DNA of 62,929 nt, filler included, from Reclinomonas americana ATCC 50394 (GCA_048213135.1; 15 parts of 15 records of this genome joined end to end with filler, not necessarily neighbours in it), one strand, 5' to 3'. Counted from the first letter of the whole stretch, positions 10,463 through 23,857 are shown. Program-made: numbers and translations. Notes: generated from the sequence alone by a model not told the origin.

Positions 10463-12528
10463 ATGAGTGGACCAGGACGTGGCTTTAGAGGTAACGCACG
10501 CGCGCGTGTGTGTGTGTGTGTGTGTCGATGGTCGACATCTCTCACTCACACTCTGACACGCACAGGGCGTGGCAGTGCAGGAGGCAGCTGGTCACGAGGT
10601 GGCGCCGGTCGCAGTGACTGGGGACGCGGAGGGAGCGGACTTGGCGGAGTTGCTAGTGGTGGTCTGGCGCCTAAACCGTTTCAGTTGCCGCCTATGCGTC
10701 ACTCGTACTCGTCGTCGGTGGATAATAGCGGCAGCAACAGCAGCTCCTCGTCCTCTGCAGCGGGCAATGCCTCCTCTGGGGCATTGTCGGCGCAGGCTGT
10801 GGCGGGGGGAGCGCCGGCGGTGCAGGGTGGCGCGCAAAAGGCGGATGAGAGCAATGGTGACGTCTTGTTTTGGTCCATGGGTAGAGAGGGAAGGAGGGAG
10901 GGTGGGAGAGGGTGGGGGAGGGTGGGGGAGGGTGGGAGAGAGAGGGTGGGGGAGAGGGAGAGGGAGGGAGGGAGAGGGAGGGAGACAGAGAAAGAGAGAG
11001 ACAGGTTGTCTATCTCTCGTCTGTCTTCTTTCTCCCTCACGAGAGTCACGGTGACGTCTTGTTTGGCTCCCGGTGGAGGGAGGGTAGAGAGAGAGACAGA
11101 GACAGGCTGTCCCCGCAGATGTCTATCGCTGCTCTCGGCTCTTCTTGTCTTCCAACTCGGTCTCTGTCTCTCGTCCGTGACGAGAGCAATGGCGTCTTGT
11201 TTGCTCCGTGGTGGAGGGAGGTTGGGAGAGAGAGGGATCCAGACACAGGTTGTCTCCGCAGATTTCTATCGCTCTCTCCCATTCTTGTCTTCTAAATCAG
11301 TCTCTGTTTCTCGTCGTCTGATAAGAGCAATAAGAGCAATGCTGACATCTTTCTTGAAGGGAGGGTGGGAGAAAGAGAGAGAGATAGCTTGTCTCTGCAC
11401 ATGTCTATTGCTCTCTGTCTCTCGTCTGCCTTCTCTCTCCCTGAGAGTTACGGTGACATCTTGTTTGGTCCGTGGTGGAGGGAGGAGAGAGGGAGACAGA
11501 GACAGGTTGTCTCCGCACATGTCTATCGCTCTCTCTTTTCTTGTCTTCCGTCTCACTTTATCTCTCGTCTGCCTTCTCTCTTCCTGAGAGTTACGGTGAC
11601 ATCTTGTTTGCTCCGTGGTGGAGGGGAGAGAGGGAAACAGAGACAGGTCTCCGCACATGTCTATCTCTCTCGTCTGTCACATTGCTCTCCTTGCTCATCT
11701 GCTCCCTTCTCCTTGTTTTGCCCCTCCCTCCGCAGCCCCTCGCCGCGCCAACCCCTGGCGAGCAAACGAGAAGAAAAAGCCAGTGAAAACGGGTCCAAGT
11801 TGGGCCGACGAGGACGCTGGGGAGTTGGACGACCTGCTGTCGCGTGTACCGACGTTGCCCTCGGCACCGCCGCCACCGCCGCCGCCGCCTGCGCCAGCAT
11901 CGGAGCACAATGGTGGCTCAGCGTCGAGCGGACACAGGTGTGTGTGACGACTGTGAATGCTTGCAGTAAGAGATGGAAATAGGAGAGGGAGTGAGGAGGA
12001 AGCGAGAGAGACACACAGGTCGGTGAGAGTGAGTAAGCAGAGCGGCGCGAGCTGTCTGAATGCAGTAGAACATCAAGCTTGTGTCTCCTCCTTGCGCCCT
12101 TTGCCTTCCCTTCTTCCCGAGTGAGTGAGCAGAAGCGGTATGAGTTGTCTAATGGCAGCAGGTCATGAAGTTTGTGTCATCTCTCCCTCCGCCCACTTCC
12201 TCTTATTCCACTCTTCCCCTTTCTCTCCTCTCTTCCCCCACCCACTCCCTCTTCCCCCTTCTTCCTCCCCCACCACAGAGACGAGGACGACTCGCGCACC
12301 GCCGAGTCCGCACCGCAGGTGCTGAGAAGACCAGCCTCTGCGCAGTCTGCGCCTCCACCTCGACCGCAACCGCGCGTGCCACCAGAAGAGCGCGAGTCAG
12401 TGTGGGTGCGTTGTTTGTAAAAGTGGACGAGTGTTTGTTTGTATGTACGTGCGTGTGTGGCTGTGCGGTGTGTGGAGTGTGTGTTTATTCGATGGTGCCT
12501 CTGTGTGTGCACTCTGTGCCATGTGTCG

Positions 12529-12563
<35 letters not shown>

Positions 12564-14386
12564 CATTGCTCTGGTTGCTGTTGTCGTTGTTGATATCGAG
12601 TGTGCGTCCCTCTCTCCCTTTCCCCTTTCCCCTTTCCCCTTCTCCTCTCCCCCGTTCCCTCCTCCCCCTTCACTCCTCCCCCCTTTTCCTTCTTTTCCTC
12701 CCTCTCCCTCGTATCCCTTCGAATGGTGCATGTGTGCGTATGTGTGTTTGTTGCTATTGTTGTTTGCCAAATGGACGAGTTTGCGTCCCCCGCTACCTTC
12801 CCCTTCCCCTCTTTTCCCCCTTCCCCTTTCCCCCTCTCCCCTCTCCCTCCTCCTCCTCCCTTTCCCACATTGCCCCCTTCACAGAAGAGACCACCACCAC
12901 CACCACCTGCTGCTGCTGCTGCTACTGCCGCACCCATCGCTCAACCCCCACGCGAAGAGAGACCAGCAACAGCACCCGCACCGGCCCGCCCCAGACCTCA
13001 ACCCACCCCCGCCCCTGCTGTCCCTTCTACCGCCCCTGCTGTCCCTTCTACCGCCCCTTCGACCGCCCCTTCTACCGCCCCTGCTCCCGCACTGACCGCC
13101 GCCGAGCAAGACCAGCAAGAACTTATGCGCAAGCTGGCCGAGGAGCATCGCCAGCGCCGACTGCAGGAGCAGAAGCGGGAGGAGGAGGAACGCGAGCGCC
13201 GCAAGGCCGAGCGACTGGCCAAACTCGACTCGGATGCTCCGCCACGAAAGGAGGACGCGGATCAGGCGTCGGCAGGCGCTCCACGACCCGGCGACGTGCG
13301 TGTGCTTCGTAATCAAGACCGCGGAGGTGCGCCGCCGCCACAACCAGCGGCACCGGCAACCACCACGCCGACGACACCACCGCACGCGCACGATCGGCGG
13401 CCGCCACGTGGTCGCGGAGCCGGCTCACCGCCGTCGCCTCACAAGCATGCACCCCCCGCAGCACCAGCGCCACCGGCTTCCGCGCCACTGTACCAGCGCG
13501 GCGCAGCCCCATCGCCACAGGAGATGCAGGAGCGCGAGCGCAAGTTTGAAGAGAGCTGGCAGCGTGGAGCTGCACCGCCGGCCGCGCGTGGCAGAGGTNN
13601 NNNNNNNNNNNNNNNNNNNNNNNNNNNNNNNNNNNNNNNNNNTTAATTAATTAANNNNNNNNNNNNNNNNNNNNNNNNNNNNNNNNNNNNNNNNNNNNGC
13701 GACGACCTCGTGACGATGCATTTGGCGGTGCCGGTGGCGCTGCTGCTACTGGCACTGCTGCTGACATGTACTCTTCGCGCAAACCGGCGCCCAACTATGG
13801 TGGTGGTGGCATGGGTCCGATGTCTGCGGCTCCGGTGGGACCACCGATGCAGCACGTGCCGCCGCCGGGCGCCTTTAGTGTGGCACCCGGCGCTGGTGTT
13901 GTCGGTTCGTATGGTGGTGGCGCCGAGGCGTTTGCCAGTGGTGGTGGTAATGGCGGCGGCGGCAGCATGCATCGCGGTATGCAGTCATCGCGCGGTGGAC
14001 GTGGCGGTAGCGCCAATGGTGGCCGTGGTGGACACATGGGCGGTCGCGGCCAGTCCTATTATGGTGCACCGGCCCCTCACCACCACCACCCGCATCATCA
14101 GCAACCACAACACCAACAACAACAACAGCAGCAGCAGCCGCATCAGCAGTACCAGCATCAGCATCAGCATCAGCAGTACCAACATCATCCGCCTCCACCG
14201 CATTACTCGCACCACGCGTCATCTGCTCCTCCGCAACCCTCTGCTGCCGTGCCGCTGCCACCTCCACCTCCACCACCACCAGTACCACCGGCTGAGCCAC
14301 TGCCGCACGTGCCGCAAGACGCTGGCGCACCGGCGCCTGCATCCGCACCACTGTCGACAACTCCACCACCAACGTCGTCGTCGTGA
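10463..14386 (+). CDS. PRRC2/BAT2/MOS1-like low-complexity protein (RGG, Pro-rich, coiled coil, Q/H-rich), spans a gap
   Basis: Exons encode APKPFQLPPMR (resembles the BAT2 N-terminal PxxLPSL motif), SWADEDAGELD and LAEEHRQRRLQEQKREEEERERRKAERLAKLD, in the order seen in PRRC2/MOS1 proteins. The C-terminal exon has RGG boxes and poly-Q/H/P. Confidence 0.55.
10847..11700 (+). repeat. Intronic tandem repeat (~110-190 bp, ~6 units), each starting with a copy of the exon/5' splice junction
   Basis: A gagag(caat/ttac/tcac)ggtgac(g/a)tcttgttt-like motif recurs at ~10847, 11041, 11182, 11333, 11443 and 11586. Confidence 0.8.
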
Positions 14387-14574
14387 AGCTGTCAGGAAAC
14401 AAGCATTTTTCTTCTTTTGTTGTTACTCGCTTCCTCTCCCCCGTTGTCATCACACGCTCCTATTGACACAAGATCCAAGAACAATGTAAACACACGACAG
14501 ACTTGAAAGTGTGTGGTTGCATTGGGTGTCGCTGTCCTCTAGCATCGCACCGAACAACAACCAGCGCAGCGGAG

Positions 14575-15501
14575 ATGCGGTCACCTCGTCTCTTCATCTC
14601 GTTCTTTGTGGCGCTCTCGTTTGTAACGCTCGCCCTTCAAGGCTGGCTGCTGTCGGTGTACTCGTGGATTGTTCTGTGTTCCATTGCCTGCAACAGTTTG
14701 ACTGCAGTGTCGACATCGACTCATCACCGATGCACAGAAACATGAGGAGACCATTCAGGGTTTTGACTGCACCACTCTGCTCGGTCTACTCCGCATCGAA
14801 ACCTGCTGCGCAGACACGAATGCCGGTGCATGCTACTCGACAGACATGCCATCGCAGTACACTGGCTGGCAGGTGTGCTTCCACCAACTGCGCACCTTGT
14901 TTTGTCGTTGTTGTGTTGTCTTCTGACTCTATCTGCATGCAGCTGTTGACGTTCGACATCTTTGCTGAGGTGCTGCTACTGTTCTCGGTGATTGCATCGT
15001 TGGTGTTTTGCTGCAAGGGACGAGTGCAGAAGATGTGGCGGTGGATGACCACGTTCAGTTGTTGGGGTGCCTCGGTGTTGTACACGGTCGGACTCGCCCG
15101 CTTCACCAACACCTATCGTAGTACGAGCTATTACCATTGGACGTGGGGTTTCTATGGTGCGTCGTCGATCGGTGTCTGCACTTGTCCGCACGCCACATTT
15201 CCTGACTCTGGCATGTAGTGAGCTGGCTCATGACGGTCGTCTGTTGCGTATGCCACCTTGCTCTCTCTCGCGATATTTCTATGACTGACTGTAGGACGCA
15301 GCGTGGGCACTGGCCGTCATGGCCACCCTCATGCCGATGGGCAGCGACGTCAAGGCGCCGACGCGAGATGTCGAGCAGGGCAGTGCGGTGACGGCCACGA
15401 ATGATGTCGGCAACGAGGTGGAGTTGAGCACGCGCATGCGCAATCCGCTGGTCGGCGACGCTGAGAACAGCAGCATGCATCGCGCTGGCGCCCACATCTG
15501 A
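14575..15501 (+). CDS. Four-TM claudin/PMP22-like membrane protein
   Basis: Spliced order: TM1 MRSPRLFISFFVALSFVTLALQGWLLSVYSW; loop ...LGLLRIETCC...GAC (W..GL..C..C pattern); TM2; TM3; YHWTWGFYVSW; TM4; cytoplasmic tail to TGA at 15501. Confidence 0.6.
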
Positions 15502-15582
15502 CCACACACACAATGGACAATGAAAACTAATTATCTGTTCGTTTACGAGGGTGATGACAAGGGGATGATTTTTTTTTGCTGT

Positions 15583-18500
15583 TCACATTGAGTTGAAAGG
15601 CGAGCGGGTGGCGTCGGCGCGCACCGCGGCCGGCGTCCGACTTAGTTCCGTGAATGGATCGACGTCAGGGTCAAACACCGCGTGCTCCTCGTCGCCGCCG
15701 CGCGGAATCAGCCGATCGGAGCGCGGTGAGCCATTGGCAAGCGTGCCGTACCCTGATCGACCAAGAAATGAGTCCATCCACTCACGCACAAAGAAGCGCT
15801 CCTTCCTTGCACCTCCATTCCCTTCCCACAATGCAGTACTCCTCTTCCCTTCTCCTCCATTCACTCCAATCCCTTCCGCACAAATGCCGTCTTCCCTTCT
15901 CCTGTCCACTCTTTGTCTCTCTCTTCTCTGCACACAGCAGCGCTCCTCTTCCTTTCTCCCTCAACCTCTTCGCACAACGCAGAACTCATCTTCCCTTCCA
16001 TCTTCACCCCCTTCTCACAAATCCTCTTCCATTCCCCCCTTCATCTCATACCGCACCGCGCTCAATAGTAGTGCTCGTCCTCCCTTCCCACAACCCTTTC
16101 ACCTCCATTCAAAAAAGAAGAAGAACAAGGACGAGGACGAGAAGGAGAGAGAGAGAGAGAGAACGACGCACTCTTCATCATGATCACTTAGCATCTCGTT
16201 GAGAGGGAAGAAGATGCGGAGCTCATCGCAGTCACACAAACGCACACTCCCATCCCTCCTCCCTCTAATCCCTTCCCCCAACAACCCCCTCGCACAACGT
16301 AGCGCTCATCTTCTTTTCCATCTCCAACCTCTTCGCACAAAGTGATGCTCGTCTGCCCTCCTGTCGCACAAAAAAAGACTCATCTTCCTTTCCCCCTTCA
16401 ACTCCTATCGCTCTGCTCTCTTTTGCACAAAGCAGCGGTCGTCTTCCCTTTCTCCTTCAACTCCTTCACACAAAACAGCGCTCATCTTCCCTTCCAGCTC
16501 CAACCCTTTCGCACAAAGTGATGCTCATCTTCCCTCCCTTCGCACAAATTAGCGCTTCTCTTCTTTCCCACCTCAACTCCTCTTGCTCCAAATGCACTCC
16601 TCCTCTAACCCCTCCGCACAATGTAGTGCTTGCCATTGCTTCAATTCCAGCCACTCTGCTCTCCCCTCACACAACTGGTGCTCCTCTTCCCTTCCCCTTC
16701 AATCACTCCAATCCTTTCCATCACCAACTCTCTTCCCCCGTCCCAATCCATTCGCCCTCTTCTCCCCCTCCCCCTCCCAATCCCTTCCCCTTCCCCCTTC
16801 CTCCCCCCTCCGCACGCACCCATTGTACCACCATCATTTAGTGACGTCGGCAGCTGCTCCGGCTCCTCCTTGGCAAGCTTGGCGGCCGCCGACGGAGATC
16901 GACTGGGGATATTGACCAGCGCAATGCCACCGCACACCAGCACCGCACCACCGCACTCCATCAAAATGTAGTACCACGGCACGCCGGACCAGTCGTGCAA
17001 AAAGGCCGCTCCCTCAAACACGCCAAACACCGGCAGCAAGTAGCCGACCAGCGTCTGCTTCACCGAGCCTGCCGGGGCGCACGTGTGTCAGCGGCAGAGA
17101 GAAGATTGTGTTCCCGTAGTACTACGTACCGACGGTGCGAATGAGGTAGAAGAAGAGAATGTAGGCCACGACCGTGGAGCAAATGCCGAGATACAGCACC
17201 GAGAGCCAGCCCTTGTAGGTGGCTGTCTTGAAAAAGCCGAAATCCTCGTGGAATGGCGACACAGGCCAGCGGATGTCAACAATCAGCGCGCCAATAATGT
17301 TGATGCCGGCACCGGCCATAATCTGCCCGGCGGCCACAAATAGTGGCGGGTAGCCGAGGAGACGGCGACGAGCGTACACTGAGTGCAGAGTGTGTGAGAC
17401 AAGTAAGAGTTGAATGGAGGGAGAGGCATGGAAAGAGACCTGAGGCAACGGCATACGAAGCCGAGGCTCCCGTGACCATAATGTAACCATAGATGCTGCT
17501 CAGGTTCAGTCCACCGTCCGCAATCACCTGCTGCACGCACACCAGCAACACGCCGCCAAAACCGACCAGCAAACCGAGCACTTTTTGCCACGTCATGCGC
17601 TCGCCACGCTGCAAACCGCGAAATGACTCACACGCGCGCACAACACATCCTCATGACACACGACGATACCAGTGCAAAGTGCGCAAAGATCAAGGCAAAA
17701 AGTGGAATGGTAGAATCGAGAATCGATGCCACGCCGCTATTGACCGCGCGTTCTGCGTAGCCGACCAGGGTGAAGGGCACCGTGTTGTTGAAGAATCCCA
17801 TGAACAGGACCTGTGGGTGACTTGCACCGTCAGCGACTGCTGCAGTGCGCACACAAGCACATGTCCGGCTGTCTCTGAGTACTACTCTCTATTTCGTTGC
17901 ATCAGAGTGTGTCAGGGTATTCTTCCCTGTTTATCTCTCTCTCTCCCATCTCTCTCCCATGCGTGCATCTACTATGTGAGTGTATACACGCCTCTCCTCC
18001 CTGTCCTGCTCCCGCTCTCTCTTTGCTGCATCAGACGGTCTCTGGATGTTGCTCCGTCCCCATCTCCTCTCACACACACTCTCCCTCGTCCTCTCCTCTT
18101 CTGTCTGTCTGTCTCTCTCCCTCTCCCTCTCTCCTCTGCTTGCATAAGACTGATGCAACCAAAGAGAGGGCGCCTTGTTGCACACCTCTCTTCTCACCCT
18201 CCTCGCTCACTCTGCTTTGTCTGGGTATTGTTCCTTCGTCGCACTCTTCCCTCTTCCTCTTTCTCTCTCTCTCTNNNNNNNNNNNNNNNNNNNNNNNNNN
18301 NNNNNNNNNNNNNNNNNNTTAATTAATTAANNNNNNNNNNNNNNNNNNNNNNNNNNNNNNNNNNNNNNNNNNNNGAGAAACAGATCTGTTTCGTAAGTCA
18401 TGTGCTTACCTTGATGAATGTGAATGCAGACTGCAGTCACACACACACACAGCACAGCACACACTGCATCAGTGACAAGAACAACAGGAGGAGCGTGCCC

Positions 18501-18831
18501 TCACACACGCGCGTGCGTGCGGAACAACAAAACATGATGGCCATCTCTCTCTCTCTTCTCTCTCTTCTCTCTACGCAACTCCCCAGATGAGGCCGAGCAG
18601 CAGGAAAGCGCCAAACGACTTCCACGTAAAGTTCTGCGGCTTGGCGTGGCCGGCCTGGGAGCCTGTTTTCAACGAGGAGGAGATCTGGGAGGAGCTGAGA
18701 GGCTTCAGCTCGTCGCTGGCGGGCACACTGGAGCCGCGAGCAAAGTTGTCGGTGAAGACGACGTTGCCGGAGGCGTTGCTTCCGAGGCCGTTGGCACCTC
18801 GCACAGCGCCGAGGCCTTTTCCCGCGCTCAT
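15583..18831 (-). CDS. EamA/DMT superfamily transporter, spans a gap
   Basis: Motifs: LLLGLIWG|SAFTFIK (21-nt micro-exon 18410-18430), VPFTLVGYAERAVNSGVASILDSTIPLF, GERMTWQKVLGLLVGFGGV, LYLGICSTVVAYILFFYLI and YLLPVFGV. A 1067-nt intron (15753-16819) precedes the last exon. Confidence 0.92.
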
Positions 18832-19559
18832 TGCGAAGTGTGCGACGACGTCTGTCTTTTGGACAGGGATTTGGACGGTGAAGTGGCGGTGTGTGGTAGT
18901 GCTGCGGATGAGGGTACGGGAGTGTGGTTTGTGTGCTGGGTTGGGTAAAGGATTCTTGACAACTTTTTTCCCCGTGTCCAGCCAGTGGTAACGAGTCACA
19001 AGGGAAGAGAATGCAAGGGCTGTAGGGTCGAGAACATGGTCCGCCAGTATGAGGGCCAAGATGCAGGGGGCAGAGGGTTCATGGATCGGGCTTGCGATAC
19101 ATTTAGGCCTTGCAACATTTTCCTCTTGCGTCGACGTCCTGCGCATGCATGCACAGCGTACCAGAGGCCCATGGCCAGTTATAAATCCAAAGCTACAGGG
19201 TCTAGATTGAAGCAAACACTGATCGGGCTTGCGGAATGCATTGAGGCTTAGAGTACCTTGCCTCTAGATCTCGACGCTCGCTCGCCGTTCTAGCTATAGA
19301 TCTGGGATATCGATATCGATTGTGGTCCGGATTTTAGGCCGATTGCAACCTTTGCCTCTCGCTCAAAATCAAGAATAGGAGAGTATAGAGTTCAAGGGTA
19401 GGAGCGCGCAGTGCACGTATGAGCAAACGACCAATTCGAGCCAGAGTCCACCGCTGTCCGCCAATTATCGATCATTTTCTTGAAGTAAAGAGGTGCGCGT
19501 GGAGACAACTCGTCTGCGTTTTTCGGTTGCTTGTTTTGCTCCACGCCCTGTGTGCGTGG

Positions 19560-19602
<43 letters not shown>

Positions 19603-19692
19603 TCCTTCTTATCTGGTTGCAACTGATCATGACAGTTCGCGCTCACACTCTTCGGTTTTGTTGTCTGTCTTCCTTGTTGCATGCAGTCGACA

Positions 19693-22490
19693 ATGTCGTT
19701 TGCCCGTGTCACCAACGTGGTGGCAGTCGCCCTCGTCGTGGCACTGCTGATCGCCACCGCTCATGCTGGTGAGTGTGCAACGCAGAGCTCCCTCTTGCCT
19801 CTCCGGTCTTCTCGCACTGTGTGCACACACACTCACACACACACACACACACACACGCGCACACACACAAACACGCACGCACGCACACACACTTCAAAAC
19901 ACGCATCATCTATTTGTGCGACGACCGTTGCACTTTTTTCGCGCGCATCAGAATTGAGTACTCATCTAATTTACCTCCCTTCTTGCAGCTTCTCCCAGCA
20001 CCGTCTACCTGCGTGCGGGTAACACCAAGACCACTCAGGAGGCCATCACTTTCACCGGCATCTCCCCGGCTGTGACTGCCTCTTCGGTGTTCACCATCCG
20101 CAGCGCCGCCGACTGCAGCGGTTCCAACTCAGCCACCACCACTCTCGGTGCCGTCACTCTGACGGCCGGTGCCTCGCAGGCCCTGACTATCATCTCCACT
20201 GCCGAAACCGCTGCAGCGACTCGCTACGTGTGCCACGATCCCGATGGCGCCGGTGCTGTCGCCAACCAGTCGATTGCCAAGATCCAGATCTGTTGCGTGC
20301 TGCTGCTTCCTTTCCCTTCCACACCACTCCCCACCGTTCTGACGTGACACCCACCACCACAGTCTCCACGTCCTCGGCCTCGCCGTCGTCGTTGCCGGCG
20401 GGCTCTGCCTCGCTCACGCTGACGGTCCTTGGCTCCAACTTGGCGGCTCCGTCGTCGGCCTTCTTCTACCTCACTGCCACCGATCCGGGAGCAGCCACCA
20501 ACGTGTGCAGCAACACTGCGGCCACCGGTACCACCGTGACCTTTGCTCGCGCCTCGGCCACCACCGTTGTGTTCACGGTGGCCACGGCGACCGGCTTCGC
20601 GGGGTCCAGTGCGCAGGCTGTGGCCTCACCGACCGGCACCGAGTTCTGCACTGTTCCGGCTGCCGCAACCTACTACCTCTGCGGCTCGTTACGTTTCCGT
20701 TTGTGTGTGCCACAAGACTGCATCATTTGGCTCTTCTCAACACTGCTTCTTTGCCTGCGCAGGTTCCAGAACTCCGGCGCCGGCAGCAACAACCTCATCA
20801 GTGCTGTGGGCATTGTTGCTCCGTCGGCCATGCAGATCGCCTTCGCCAACCCGACCGTGCTCAACTACAACGCCGCCAACACCATCACCATCTCTGACGC
20901 GGCCAAGTCGCTGAACAGCTGCACTCGCTTCAAGATCATTCGCCCCGACCAGACATGCGCCGACGATGTCAGTTTCGTACGCGCACACAGCCTCATGTCG
21001 TAGCCCGGCTGTGTGCGCCGCTGTGGAACTCATTCATCTTTCTTCATCTCTGCGCAGCCATGTCGACGGCCACGACCAACACGAACAACGCCACTGGCGC
21101 CCTGGGCACCGTCAACACCTACACGGCCGGCAGCTTTGACGCTTCGAGCTGCTTCGACTCGTCGACTGGCTGCAACTTCTTCAGGATCTCGTTCACCCCG
21201 CAGCAGCCGGGCGCCTTCCGTCTGTGCGCCAGCCGCAACAACTCGGCATTTGCACTCATTCCGGGCGAGCAGTTTGTCTCTGGCATGCAGCAGGCGCAGG
21301 GTTCCCCCGCAGCCATTGCCACAGTTGAGGCACACACGTTTGCAGAAAATGTGTTGTGTGCTTCTCACCAGTGTTGCTTCGACTATTGAATACAGTTCGG
21401 CACTCCGGGTACGGTGCGCACCGCCGTCGCCTCCGCCACCTTCCCGGTCACCTTCCCGGCGATTCCGCGCATCCTCGTTGGCCTCACGGCATACAATGGC
21501 AGCACGGCGGTGGACACTGGCGTGTCGTGCGGCACCCCCTCGGTGACTGCGACTGGCTTCAGCACCACCTGCACCGCCCTCCGCGCTGCTACTGTCACCA
21601 GTCTCCAGCTCGGTGAGAGCAATTCCCCACGTGCACGCCTGTGTCGTCTCTCGTTGGCCTCACTCCTGCTGCGATACCAGCGTACTTTGCGTTCTACGCG
21701 CACTCCTCCAAGGCATACTCGTTCGATGGTCAGCGCACGCTCAGCAACGGTGCCTCCTGGAACAGTGTCGCCACAGCCAAGTCGTCATCGACTGTTGCGT
21801 GCACTCGGCACCACGGATGCGTGAGCGGTGTGGCGCGATGAGTGCCAACACGTGTGTTTCATGTGCAGAACACCAGCGTGTCGAACATTTACGCGTTCGG
21901 CACTGCGCCTTCGGTCGCTGTTGCGTTGATGGGTGCTGCCACTCGTCGCTTCGGAACCACCAATCTGGACTTCCGCAACGACATTTTCTACGGCTCGATC
22001 GCTTCCGTGTCGTCGCTCGCCTTCACCCTGCGCGGTGTGGTGTCTGGCAACGCGCGTGTGGACTCGTTCGGCACACGCTACATTGCTGGCCCGGCGGTCG
22101 TGAACTCGAGGAACACGAGCGGCTTTGTTGTGCTGACTGGCGGTGAGTATCGTGCTCCCTCTTGTATTTTGTCACTCACGTACTCACGTTCCGCTGCGTG
22201 TTGTTGTTGTTGTTGTTGCAGAGGGCGAGGCCACGAGTACTTCCCCGGTGAACATTACTTTTGCCAACAGCCGCCGCCTGTTGCGGACCAACTTCCGCGC
22301 TCAGCAGTTCATCCGCGGCCTGGACAACACCGGTGGCGCTGGCGGCAGTGCCAATGTTTCCTTGAGCGCCATTACCGGCTACGACACCAACGGCAGCGCC
22401 ACCGACTGGGAGGGTGTGACGATCACCATTGCCAACATTGGCAACAAGGTGCAAGTGTCGTACATTGCACTCGGCACCCCGGCTCCGTAA
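19693..22490 (+). CDS. Secreted Thr/Ala/Ser-rich beta protein with three C-terminal H-type-lectin-like domains
   Basis: Signal peptide MSFARVTNVVAVALVVALLIATAHA. Splices with GT-AG introns. C-terminal repeats such as VTFPAIPRILVGLTAY...VTATGFS...LQLAYFA and AFGTAPSVAVALMG...TRYIA fit the H-type lectin F-xx-P-x-V-x-G-L...T-xx-GF...(W/Y)-x-A pattern; the third repeat is more divergent. Confidence 0.65.
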
Positions 22491-23857
22491 GAGAGAAGAA
22501 AAGATCCACAGCAAGTGGCACGCTCCGCTCTGTCTGCGCCTGCCTATTCGCATCCTTTCTTCTGTTTTCCTCTCCTCCTCCTCTTCTTCCATTGCATACG
22601 CACTCGACCAGTTGTTGCTGAAGACAATCAACGTCATTGAAGTGCGAAGTGCTTGCTGGCATGCATCTGCTTCCCAGAAGGCATCGTGCGAAGGCGAAAA
22701 AACGTTCACAACTATTCGAGCATGCTCTTCCAACACCGGAAGCCCAGTGTACAGTGAATGCATGGACTGCGGGTCAATAACATAAGTGTCGAAGCGACTC
22801 GCCGCTGCAGAGGGTCCAGGACCCGACCTGATGGATATTGTTGCATTACCGCAGTGGGGCAGATATCGAAGTTGTCCTGTATCGTCACCACGCGCGCAAC
22901 CTTTTAATACCTACCTCAAGTGCAGGGTCTGTGCTCAACGTACTCATCACTGTACCCGTGGTTACGAGACTTGCACGTGAGAAACATTTTGTCGGACAAT
23001 TATGTCCCACCACCGACTCCCGACGTCGCCAAGCAGTTTAGACAGGAGCGATCATGGCGACGATGCTTGGGTTCGTCTCTTCTCCTTTCCTCTCCCCTCT
23101 CCCCTCTCCCCTCTCCATTCACTCANNNNNNNNNNNNNNNNNNNNNNNNNNNNNNNNNNNNNNNNNNNNTTAATTAATTAANNNNNNNNNNNNNNNNNNN
23201 NNNNNNNNNNNNNNNNNNNNNNNNNTCGGCCGACCGTCCGGTCCGGCGGTTTCGGTCGTCGTTCTCTCTCGTCGTCCTACCTCTCGTCACGGACGACTTC
23301 GTCCCTCCTTCTACTCGCCTCCTCGTTCTCTCTCCTCCTCTCCTTCCCTTCTCCCCTCCTCCTCCCTCCTCTCTCTCTCTCCCGGTGCACTGTAGATGAA
23401 GGAGCAACTTTCCTTGTTTTCTGGTGTTACTCTCATGGTCACTTTGCATGACTCTTCACTGTCTCATCATCCGCCTTCGTCATTCTTCTTGTCGTTCTCT
23501 CTCTCTCTCTCCTCTCTCCTCTCTCTTCTCTCTCCCGGTGCACTGTAGGTGTGCTCTCCTGGCCTCTCTGCTTTGCTCTTCGTTCTTCCCCTTCGTCCGT
23601 CCCACCACATGCCTTCCCTTTCTCTTTACGATGCGCTCAATCCTGTGTTTTCTGTGGTGCTCTCGCCATCATCGTGTTACTTTGACGCACTACTTCGTTC
23701 TCCCTCTTCATCCGCATTCATCTCCTCAACCCCTCAACTTGTTGTTTTCTGGCGTGTTGCTCTCTCCTGGCCTCTCTGCTTCGCGCTCTCTCCTCCTCCG
23801 TCGCCGTCTGTGTGTTGGCTGCTCTTTTCTCTCCCCCTTCGTTGATTTCTCCTGTAG

